Assembly (NCBI RefSeq): GCF_018350175.1 | Contig: NC_058369.1 | Location: forward strand, 12,154,001-12,218,000 | DNA: 64,000 bases | Origin: Felis catus | Lineage: Eukaryota | Direction: 5' to 3' | Shown: positions 12,501 through 22,319 of the stretch, in pieces | Layout of the letters: every line of letters begins with the position of its first letter | How positions within the stretch are numbered: position 1 is the stretch's first letter | The notes under the pieces: generated by a model | What the model was told of the DNA's origin: nothing | Seen by the model: only the letters and a program-made list of their open reading frames with translations | Databases searched by the model: none | Translations under genes and position numbers: made by a program

Positions 12501-12690
12501 CACCAGTTAAGGAGGTGGGAAGGGAAGATGAGCCCGAGCCAAGCAAGTGGAAAGCGAGGGGAAGAAACGCTTGGCAGAGGTCACAGCAAGTACAAAGCCC
12601 TGGAGGCGGGCATGTGCCTGTGTGTTCCAGGACCCGCAAGGAATCCGAGAAGGAAGGGAGAAGGACGAGCTGGAGGGGGCCGGAGGGGCT
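12500..12690 (-). mobile_element. L2 fragment
   Basis: ggcagaggtcacagcaagtacaaagccctggaggcgggcatgtgcctgtgtgttccagga is a typical L2 3' motif. Confidence 0.55.
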
Positions 12691-14689
12691 GCCAGAGGCC
12701 GAGGCGGAGGGCCAGAGAATCATACTCCTTGGGGACCAAATTTCATTCCCTCAATCTTTCCCTGATTATCATATGGGGAAACTGAGGCCCAGATAAAGGC
12801 AATGAGAAAAACATACAGGTGGCTCATCTAGCCAGAACCTGCGGAGAGCTCACGGGACATCATCAATTCCACACGTCCACACCAAGAGAAGCGTGACTCT
12901 TCCAATACCGCTGTGCGGTAAGGTACCATTACGATCCGCTTCACAGACGAGGAAGCAAGCCCAGAGAGGCAAAGCCACTTGCCCAAGGTCACACAGCCAG
13001 TGGTCAGTGGCTGAGGCTGACGCTGAACCATCACAGTGGCAGCTGCAAGAAGCATGTGCGAGGTCAACTTGGAGTCTCCAGAAGCCCAGGGAAGCCGCAC
13101 TGGGGATCCCTGCCCCCTCCAGCAACGGTGCCTGGCACTGAAACACCTCTGGATCCCCATCGCCTGGCAAATAGGGCTTATGTTTGCTGAATCTACAGGC
13201 GGGCGGGTGAATCACAGTGAGGTGACGCACTTCTGAGGTTCCTTCCCGCTGGGGAGGGGCCAGGATTGTGGACCCCATGCCCGTGTGTGGTGCCAAGGCC
13301 ATTCACAGGCAGTGCCCCTGGGCTGCGGTGGTCCAGCTGCTGTCAGTGACCAAGCCGTCCTGGCCCCAGAGTTTTCCGGGTCCGGAGCTGCCTGTATCCC
13401 TCGCCACCTGGCCATGAGACTGGGGCTGGCCATGAACGCCTCCCGGTCTGGAACAAAGGTTCTGGAGTCAGGAGACCAGGGCTGGCTGTCTCCCGACTGG
13501 CTCCGGGTTACACCAGGAGATGCTCTCCTGCTGGCATTCATGTGGCTCCCCCTTTCTCCAGGTCCTGACTCACACAGCACCTCACGGGTGAGGTTCAAAA
13601 TTTCACCATCCTCTCTCTCCCCCTCACACTCACTCACTTCCTATCCCCCCCCCCCCGCTGTATTCCATCCCCTGCGATATGTTTCCAAAAGGCTCATATT
13701 CCCAACATCCTTTTTCATTTTATAGCCCCCAGTGGAAGCCCCCCGAGGGCAGGGGGGTTTGCCTGCCTGTTGGCTGCTGTCCTCCTAGTGCTCACTCAGT
13801 GCCAGCGCACAGCAACAACGGAGCCAGTCCCTTGCAGCCAGGGCTGTGGCGTGGGGGACCCAGCTGGTGTATTGGAGATGCCCACCCGACAGTCCTGTTC
13901 CCTGTCCCGTGCCACCACCGCTCACTCCCGCCCAGGGCTGGGTCTGTGTTGGGGGAAGAGACTGTCGTCCCCAGCCTCTTCACTTATACAAGTCAGTAAA
14001 GGCACTAGGCCTCCCAGCCTCTGGAGAACCGCCAGCCTCTCCCCGAGCCCCCCAAGCCTCAGTTTCCCTGGAGGGCTTCCTTGAGGGAGGGCGTCTCAAA
14101 GACTTAACATTTGTTGATGTCATCGTGCAAGGTTTTTTTGCAGAGCGATGGGCATAACAGTGGGTCGGGCTTAGTGGGTCCCCAGGAAATGAGAGGCTGA
14201 GCGTCCCCACCCATCGTGAATCCTGGGGACCCCAATCCCCCATCCATCAGGGTTCCCAGGAACCTCACGCCAAGGCCCTGGGACACAGTCTCCCCATCCA
14301 TCTAGGATTCTGGGGACCCCTCGGAAGCTGTGGGCCAATCTCTCCAGCGATCAGGGGCTCTGGGAACCCCTCCGAGGCGTTGGGGACCATTCTCCCCATC
14401 CATTCAGGGAACCCGGGAGGCCCCAGGACCCAGTGTTCGACTCAGAGCGCCGGGTCCCGGATGCCGCCTCCGCTCCAGGTCTTGCCAGTCCCCGAGCAGG
14501 CGGGAGCCCACGGGGCACCCCGGGGATCCCTGGGCGTCACGCTGCTGTTGTGGAGCGCGTGTTGACGCGTCGCCGGGGAGACGGGCGGGGGCGGGCCCGG
14601 GAGGGGGGCGCGGCCTGGCGGTGCGCAAGGGGCCGGCCCGGCTGCGCAGAGCCCTGGCGGCCGCAGTGGCCACGGCCGCCGCCGCCCGC

Positions 14690-14802
14690 CGGCTTATATA
14701 CCGCGGCTAAATTTAGGCTGCGCCCGGAGCTCGTCCCCATCCGGGACGCGTTTCCGCCGCCGCCGCCTTGGCCCGGCCCCCGTGAGCGCCGCGCCTATAA
14801 GG
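14690..14802 (+). promoter_or_regulatory. KLF2: KLF2 proximal promoter: AT-rich element with MEF2 site CTAAATTTAG (14707-14716) and TATA box TATAA (14796-14800)
   Basis: ggcttatataccgcggCTAAATTTAGgctg is the recognisable flow-responsive MEF2 element of mammalian KLF2 promoters; TATAA lies ~120 nt upstream of the ATG, predicting a TSS near 14825-14830. Confidence 0.9.
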
Positions 14803-14920
14803 CTTGGGCGGGCCCGGCCGCGGGCCGCAGAGCGTCCCCGCCCGCCCGCGCCCCGACCAGCCCGGCTCCGGGCAGCCAGTCACCGGTGTCCCAAACCCGC
14901 GTCGGCCCCGGGTCCCAGCC

Positions 14921-14995
14921 ATGGCGCTGAGCGAGCCCATCCTGCCGTCCTTCTCCACTTTCGCCAGTCCGTGCCGCGAGCGTGGCCTGCAGGAG
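14921..14995 (+). CDS. KLF2: Krueppel-like factor 2, coding exon 1 ([25 protein letters not shown])
   Basis: ATG in strong Kozak context (cagccATGG) at 14921; the peptide is the KLF2 N-terminus; GT donor (gtgagg) at 14996, phase 0. Confidence 0.97.
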
Positions 14996-15237
14996 GTGAG
15001 GGCGGCAGGGACATCGGGGGCGGCCGGGGCCGCGGGGCGGCGGGGGCGGCTGGCTCAGGGTAGTGAAACGCGGGCTGCGGGGTAGTAGAACGCAGGCGGC
15101 GGGGACCGCGGGCTCAGTGTTGTAACACGCAGGCGGCGGGACCGCGGGCTCAGGGCCGTAGAACGCAGGCGGCGGGCAGAGATCCCCGGGCCCCGTCGCG
15201 CGCTCACGCCCGCGCCCTGTCTCCCCGTCACCCGCAG

Positions 15238-16075
15238 CGCTGGCCGCGCGCAGAGCCCGAGGCGGGCGGCACCGACGACGACCTCAACAGCGTGCTGGAC
15301 TTCATCCTGTCCATGGGGCTGGACGGCCTTGGCGCCGAGGCGGCCCCCGAGCCGCCGCCGCCGCCGCCGCCGCCGCCCCCGCCGCCTGCGTTCTACTACC
15401 CGGAGCCCAGCGCGCCGCCGCCCTACAGCGCCCCTGCGGGCGGCCTGGTGTCCGAGCTGCTGCGGCCCGAGCTGGACGTGCCGCCGGGGCCCGCGCTGCA
15501 CGGCCGCTTCCTGCTGGCGCCACCCGGCCGCCTAGTGAAGGCCGAGCCCCCCGAGGCGGACGGCGGCGGCGGCTACGGCTGCGCGCCCGGCCTGACCCGC
15601 GGGCCGCGGGGCCTCAAGCGCGAGGGCGCCCCGGGCCCGGCGGCTGCGTGCATGAGAGGCCCCGGGGGCCGCCCCCCGCCGCCGCCCGACACGCCGCCGC
15701 TCAGCCCCGACGGCCCCGCGCGCCTGCCCGCGCCCGGTCCGCGCGCCCCCTTCCCGCCGCCCTTCGGCGGCCCCGGCTTCGGAGCGCCCGGGCCCGGCCT
15801 GCATTACGCGCCGCCCGCGCCCACCGCCTTCGGTCTCTTCGACGACGCGGCCGCCGCCGCCGCCGCCGCCGCCGCTCTGGGCTTGGCGCCGCCCGCCGCC
15901 CGAGGTCTCCTCACGCCTCCCGCGTCCCCGCTGGAGCTGCTGGAAGCCAAGCCCAAGCGCGGCCGCCGCTCCTGGCCGCGCAAGCGCACCGCCACGCACA
16001 CCTGCAGCTACGCGGGCTGCGGCAAGACCTACACCAAGAGCTCGCACCTCAAGGCGCACTTGCGCACGCACACAG
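15238..16075 (+). CDS. KLF2: KLF2 coding exon 2 (Pro/Ala-rich regulatory region, basic NLS, zinc finger 1)
   Basis: Acceptor cccgcag|CGC at 15238; reads [27 protein letters not shown]...[43 protein letters not shown]; donor G|gtgag at 16076, phase 1; overlaps ORF 15292..16137. Confidence 0.98.
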
Positions 16076-16613
16076 GTGAGCGACGCGCGCGGGCCGGGGT
16101 TGGTGGCCGGGGGCTCTGCGCTGGTGGCGCGCGCTGAGGAACACCCCCCTCCCCCCACCCCCCGAGAGGGCGTGGCCCAGGAGATTAGGAAGGGGGTCGC
16201 AAGTTTAGGACTCCCTGGAGGCGTGGCTCAAGAGGTTGGGGAGCGGGTGCGCGCTTAGGAACCTTCGGGGGACTCTGTCTGAGAATGTTGCGGGAGGGAC
16301 GCACGCTTAGGACCCTCCTGGGAGCGTGGCTCGGGGCTTTGGGAAGAGGGTGCACGCGCTTAGGAATCCTAGGGGGACGATGGGTCTCAGAACGTTGGGG
16401 AAGAGGATGCCAGCCTAGGACCCCTCTGGGGGCGCGGACAGTGCGCACTTTGGGCTCCCCGGGGGCGGGAATCAGGAGGCCCGAGAGCCAGGGGTGAGTG
16501 CCTAGGATCCCTAGAGGTCCAAAACGTAGGTCCCCCGGCGGCTTCAGGGGGCTGGTTACAGGAGTAGGTTGCGCGCGCCCGAGTGGCCACTGTCGCGGGG
16601 AGGGTGTGCGTAG

Positions 16614-16859
<246 letters not shown>

Positions 16860-17365
16860 CCTGGACGCCCCTCCGCCTCCCCCCGCCCCCCACCGCGCGC
16901 GGCCGTGGCGGGTCCCACGCGCCGGGTGCGGCCCCCTCCCAAACTGTGACTGGTATTTATTGGGCCCAGAGGACCGGGCTGGGCACAGCGTGGCCATCGA
17001 GGGGGCTCCCCCCCCCCCACGACGACGATGACGCCCCGGCCCCCATCAGAGACTGAAGGCCCGGTGGGAGAAGACCACGATCCTTCTTGACGAGTTTTGT
17101 TTTCAAAATGGTGCAATAATTAAGTGTCGTCTTCCCCGCCACCGGGTCTACACTAGAGGATCGAGGCTTGATGCCTTGTGAGAAATGCCGCCTTAATTTG
17201 TACTGTCTTCGACATTTTTTTTTTATAATATTGTACATAGTGACTGTGACAGATATTGTATTACTGTAAATAGGGAGACAGGTGAGCATTTTGGCTCCCT
17301 GGTTCATTTTTATAAGACTTTTGTTGTTGTTGTTTTTTAATTAAAAAAAAAAGTTTTGCATCTTT
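16860..17365 (+). other. KLF2: KLF2 3' UTR with ARE-like TATTTATT (16954-16961), miR-25/32/92 8mer GTGCAATA (17111-17118), two Pumilio elements (17232-17239, 17265-17272) and probable ATTAAA poly(A) signal (17340-17345)
   Basis: Motifs read directly; miR-92a repression of KLF2 is established; 3' end position inferred from ATTAAA. Confidence 0.75.
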
Positions 17366-19158
17366 GGAAAAAAAAAATCACAGCTCTGGTCTGGCTGCTT
17401 GGAAGCTGGGGTGTAGGGTGGGACTCGGGGAACCTGCAGCTTTGATGGAAGGCGGGCTGGCAGAGGTGGGGGGGGGGGAGAGTGCCTCCCACCCCAGCCA
17501 GCACCCTGGGTTGTCAGCTGCAGCACCCAGCTGCCAGGAACCGCGGGGTTTTCTATAAATTTAAACACTACATTTTAAGACTGAGGGAGAGTTATTTTAA
17601 GGTTGTTCCCTGAGCCATAAATTGCCTCCTTTTCCCCAGAGCTGGGGAAAGTGCTGGTCTCACTGACGTGGCCTCCTCTGGGCTGAAAAAAGACTTACCT
17701 CTTTCTGGAAGCTTCTGAGGTTTTAGCCAAACTTCTGGAGTGTGCAAGCTAACCCATCCCCTGCCCCCCCCCCCCCCCGCCAACCTTCCTCCACCCAACA
17801 CACACACCTCTTTTTTTTTTTTTTAAGGGAAAAAATGCTGAATTTCTGACCCGCTTTGCCTTTTACTACTCTCGCCTTTCAGCAGGATGTTTTAAAGGGT
17901 GAGTCCCCCATCCTGTTAGAAAAAATGAAATCCATGTTTGAGGGCTCTGTATGGTGGGCGCTCTTTTCCAGAGGAGGAAACTGAGGCCCAGAGAGGTAGC
18001 TAGGGAGTGGTGGCATTAGGGTGCCTGACCTGGTCTGTCTGCCTCCTGAGGGTCCCCGAACTCCTCTAGAAGGGGCGAGGGGCTTTCTGCAGCAACCCAT
18101 CTGGTGGGTTATGAGACCCTCCCCGGCAGGTGCCCTGGTGTGAAGGAATCGCATCAGAGCCCCTGCTTTGGTGACTGAAGGTGGCCACTGCAGAGACCCT
18201 CCTCCTAAACCCCAAACGTCTCCGTCCGGGCGAGGAGGTGCCTGTCTCCGGCAGGCGGGCTCTCCCTCACCTTCCCCCTTCTCGGGGGCCCCCCGGGTGG
18301 GTCACCATGGCTACCAACCATTGCACAAGTTGTTTCCAGAAAGTGAAAATAGCTTGTAAGCAGCACCTATTTTAAAACACTCTCGCCCCATTGCGACAGA
18401 GGCTGGGATTTCCTCCCTCCCTCCCTCCATCCCCCCCCTCCCCAAGGCAGTCCTGGAAACAGCTGAGAGCGTTTGGTAATCCACAAAAAGCAGAAATGGG
18501 AGATAGCAACCTGATTCATCTTTCTCGAGTAAATAGCCGGGGCCCAGTTCCGCCGGCGATGAAGCGCGCGTGTGTGAGCCTCCTGTACCCTCTCTCTGCG
18601 GCTTTTGCAGAAACTGTTCCAGAGCGGAGCAGTGGCCCCCTCGACCTGTGGAAACGATCTTCTTTGCTCACCGCTGGTTCCGGAGGCACTGGGTGGGGGG
18701 AAGGCGCAGAACAAAGACTCACAAGAAATTTAAAATAGCTCTTTGTAGGGTCTGCAGACTTTCCTGTTGAGTTGAAGCTAGCAGGTAAAGCCATTTTTCT
18801 TGCTTGCTCAAAAACACCTCCCAGGTTTCCCCCGGAGGCCTCTGAGTCCAAAGAGACGCCAGTTGTAACGGGACTGAAGCTGTTCAGTGTCTGTTTCCTG
18901 AGCGCCTCCCACAGATAGAGCAGAGCGTTCCGCTCGGATAGGGCTGTGTGTTTCAGCCTGCGCTGATTAATACAGAAATATCCCTCATCGTTTTTTTCTG
19001 GCCCTTTCTGGAAACCCGAATGTCACCTTCTATCTTCTGGAGGCGTGGTTCTCTCCCAGGGGTGACCTGGTCTAGAGATATTTTTGGTTGCCACAACCGG
19101 GGCCGGGGTGGTGGCGGGGTGCTCCTGGCATGGGCGGAGACCCGTGGTGCTGTTACCT

Positions 19159-19512
19159 TTTTTTTTTAAGTAGGCTTCATGCCCAGCGTGGGTCCCAATG
19201 CAGGGCTTGAACTCACAACCCTGAGATCAAGAGCCGAGCTGAGATCAAGAGTCGGAGGCTTGGGCCGCCTGGGTGGCTCAGTCGGTTGAGCGTCCGACTT
19301 GGGCTCAGGTCATGATCTCGTGGTTCCTGAGTTCGAGCCCTGCGTCCGGCTCTGTGCTGACCGCCTGGAGGCTGCTTCGGGTTCTGTGTCTCCCTCTCTC
19401 TCTCTCTGCCTCTTCCCTGCTCATGCTCTGTCTCTCTCGCATGCTCTCAAAAATAAACATTTAAAAAAAAATAAGAGTTGGATGCTTAACCGACGGAGCC
19501 ACCAGGCGCCCC
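19159..19512 (-). mobile_element. Older minus-strand Can-SINE interrupted by a plus-strand SINE
   Basis: gggcttgaactcacaaccctgagatcaagagccgagctgagatcaagagtcgga... resumes ...ggatgcttaaccgacggagccaccaggcgcccc. Confidence 0.8.
19262..19472 (+). mobile_element. Can-SINE (SINEC_Fc) nested in the older SINE
   Basis: Head gggccgcctgggtggctcagtcggttgagcg; approximate TSD aagagtcggaggctt / aagagttggatgctt. Confidence 0.88.
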
Positions 19513-20507
19513 TGTTAAACAGCTTAGGATGATGCACCCACCACAGAGAATGATCCAGCCCCAAACATCAGCAGCACCTGAGTGGGAGAACTGGAACCCT
19601 CGTTCCTAAAAGGTCAACATTCATTGCTTTTATTAGCCAGGAGGTGGCCCCATCCCAGGAAGCAAGCTTTGATGGCAGATGTCACCCAGAAGGTAGGGGA
19701 AAAAAAAAATCTCACTGCGGGGCCCCGCTTCCAATGGCCGTAAGAAGACCGAGCACCTCAACACTTCTCCTTTCCATAAAAGAAGTTCTGGCATCCATTT
19801 GAGAAAATATTAAATATCAAAACAAAGAAAAAGAAAGAAAAACAATTCACCCCGCATTCTACAACCTGATTGCAATCAAAGGCGTTTAGAGGGAGGGGTT
19901 TCTGGTCAGTGGTCGAATTGCTTTCACATGGCTGCAAGGATCAGCATGTTTCCCCCCCCCCCCATTTTTCTTTTTCCAAGCAAGGTTAAAACCATTTTTC
20001 CGTATTTTGTCCTCCACGATGTGTTTTTATTACCATTTTAAATGGCTGCATACTATTCCGTTAGATGTGCCAAAAATTGCTTATGCAGACAAGCACGGAG
20101 CATATACACGTACTTGGCCACGCGTCATACTGTCTTCTGGGGAGGTGGGTAAAGGGGTCGGAAGCGATGAAGGTTGGCGGGGACTTTAGGCATCGCCAGA
20201 GTGATCTCCCAAGAGTCACTCCAGAGGTGGGGGAAGGGCACAAGAGCTGTTTTTCTGCCGGGAGTTTCCTGTGTGTCAGGGAGCCCGGGGCACCCGGGCT
20301 GGTGACAGAATACGGTGTGAAATGGGAGCTTTCAGAGGGTGAGTCCCTGACTCAGCACCCTGCCCCATCGGCAAAGCTGAGTTAGCACCCAGACCCAGCA
20401 GCGCCCTGGGGAGTCCCAAGGCCGCGAGCCAGAGACGGCTCAGGGGGGCACCAGGGCCAGGTGGCTCCAACGGCCTGGACCCATGCCGAGCTGGTGGGTG
20501 CTGAGGA

Positions 20508-20725
20508 CAGGGTTTCTCAACCGTGGCTCTGTCGACCTTTGGGGGCAGGTCATTCTGTGTCGCGGTGGCTCCCTTGTATACTGTGGGGCGTTTAGCAGCG
20601 TGCCTGGCCCCGCCCCCTGGACACCAGCAGCACACATCCCCTCAAGCTGTGACAACCAAAAATGTCTCCAGACATTGCCAAGTGCCCCCTGGGGGTGCAG
20701 ACCCACCCCAGATTGAGAACCACTG
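20508..20725 (+). mobile_element. Full-length MER20 (hAT-Charlie non-autonomous DNA transposon)
   Basis: TIRs cagggtttctcaa / ttgagaaccactg; internal tgtgacaaccaaaaatgtctccagacattgccaagtgcccc; ~218 bp. Confidence 0.85.
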
Positions 20726-20826
20726 GGCTAGAGCTTCCATGGCCACCTGAGAGACTTTGCATCTGTAATTTTATGACTCTCTGAGCTCCTCCGATACGGC
20801 ACGGCACGCGTTTAGATACACCCGCC

Positions 20827-21040
20827 GGGGGCGCCTGGGTGGCTCCGTCGGCTGAACGTCCGACCTCGGCTCAGGTCACGATCTCACCGTTGGTGGGTTC
20901 AAGCCCCGCGTCGGGCTCTGTGCCGGCAGCTCGGAGCCTGGAGCCTGGTTCGGATTCTGTGCCTCCCTCTCTCTCTGCTCCTCCCCTGCTCAGGTTCTGT
21001 CTCTCTCTGTCTCAAAAATAAAACCATTTAAAAAAATAAA
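20827..21040 (+). mobile_element. Can-SINE (SINEC_Fc)
   Basis: Head, body and A-rich tail recognisable. Confidence 0.9.
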
Positions 21041-21186
21041 TACATAAGCAATAGATAAATACACCCACTGAGGGGGAGAGGCGGTAACAAGACTGACCCG
21101 GTGTATGTCATCTAATCGATTGGGATGTATGCTGCTGTGTAGTGTGAGTGGGGACCTAAACCAATCCTTTTCCAAGTAACTGAAAC

Positions 21187-21392
21187 AGGGTTTCTCTCCC
21201 TCAGGACCACTGACCTTTGAGGCTGGATCCTTCTCTGCTGTCGGCGGCCAGTCTGGACGCCGTAGGGTGTCAAGCGGCATCCCTGGCCTTCACCCACCAG
21301 GTGCCAGTAGCAACCCCAGCCCCTCAGTCACGACATCACCGAGTGTCCCCTGGGGAGGGGGTGCACAGAACCGCCCGCGGTGAGAACCACCG
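21187..21392 (+). mobile_element. MER20-like element
   Basis: cagggtttctc...gcggcatccctggcc...gtgccagtagca...tgtcccctgggg...tgagaaccaccg, collinear with 20508-20725. Confidence 0.75.
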
Positions 21393-21579
21393 CTTGGGCA
21401 AAAGTCTTCTCCGCCACCAAAGCCCCCATGTCTGCCTCGCGGGCCTGCTTCTTGGTCTAGAAAACGAAGATGCCCTTAGGACAGGATGGCAGGACGGAGG
21501 GTGTGGCCAGCACCGCGAGTGTCCCCCTGGTGCAATCTGGTGCGTGGATTTGAGTTCTGGGTTAACCCCCACCACCCCA

Positions 21580-21646
21580 TCTGTCTCTGTGTCTCTGTCT
21601 CTCTTGTCTCTTTTTCTTTCTCCCCACCTCTCTCTCCCTCCCTCCC

Positions 21647-21682
<36 letters not shown>

Positions 21683-21712
21683 CCTTTTCCCCTCCTCTCT
21701 CTCTGTCTCTCC
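21580..21712. repeat. CT-rich microsatellite / polypyrimidine tract
   Basis: (CT)n core at ~21652-21680 with degenerate flanks. Confidence 0.85.
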
Positions 21713-22319
21713 CATTCATTCCCTCAGCAGATGCACCCAATGAGCTGAGTCCTAGGGAAGCAACAGTGACTCAGAAGTGACTCAGCCTCGAGCCATCACC
21801 CAGAGCCGATGTCAACAAGTTTGTTGAATGATTAACCCAGTGCGAACTTGAACTGAGCGCAAGGGCTGGGGCAGGTGCTTCCAAATCCCAGGCGCTTTCC
21901 ACCAGGTCTCTCTTTCAGCCCTCCCACCGAGAGGGGGAGGGGCCAGGATCGCCACCCTAGTTTTCCAGATGCAGAAAGCGGGGCTCACAGCGGGAAGGCT
22001 AGCCTGGGTCCCTTACAGGTGTAGGTAGTGGAGCCGGGGCTCGAACCCTGGTCAGCCTGACGTCACAGCTCCTACCCGTGCCTGGAAAAGTCTACATGCT
22101 GAAACATATCAAGCTCCCGGCGTCTTCCTCCACACGTACGATCGTGGTTCCTGGAGGCCCCGGTGAGCCCCTTCGAGACTTCCATCCGAACATCCTGGAA
22201 AACTTGTTTTCCAGGAAAGTCTCAGACGGGGAGAAACAGAGTCGCATGGAGTCCCCCGAGGTGCTACAAGATGCAACAAAAGGAGGCCTGGGGCGGGGAG
22301 CAGTCCCCCAAAAAGCTAA

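Larger units (their letters stand above)
19043..19592 (-). mobile_element. MER20-like element split by nested SINEs
   Basis: cgtggttctc...agagatatttttggttgccacaac...ctggcat...gtgctgtta [insertions] ...cacagagaatgatccagccccaaacatcagcag...gagaac. Confidence 0.7.

Noticed and set aside
15052..15180. Regularly spaced repeats resembling a CRISPR array
   Set aside because: Eukaryotic intron, no unique spacers, no cas genes; it is a tandem repeat (reported as a finding).
16076..16137. C-terminal extension of ORF 15292..16137 ([10 protein letters not shown]...)
   Set aside because: Read-through into intron 2; the true frame splices at 16075 to complete the zinc fingers.
15532..16158. 208-aa antisense ORF and other alternative-frame ORFs over KLF2 exon 2
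   Set aside because: Expected shadows of a very GC-rich coding exon.
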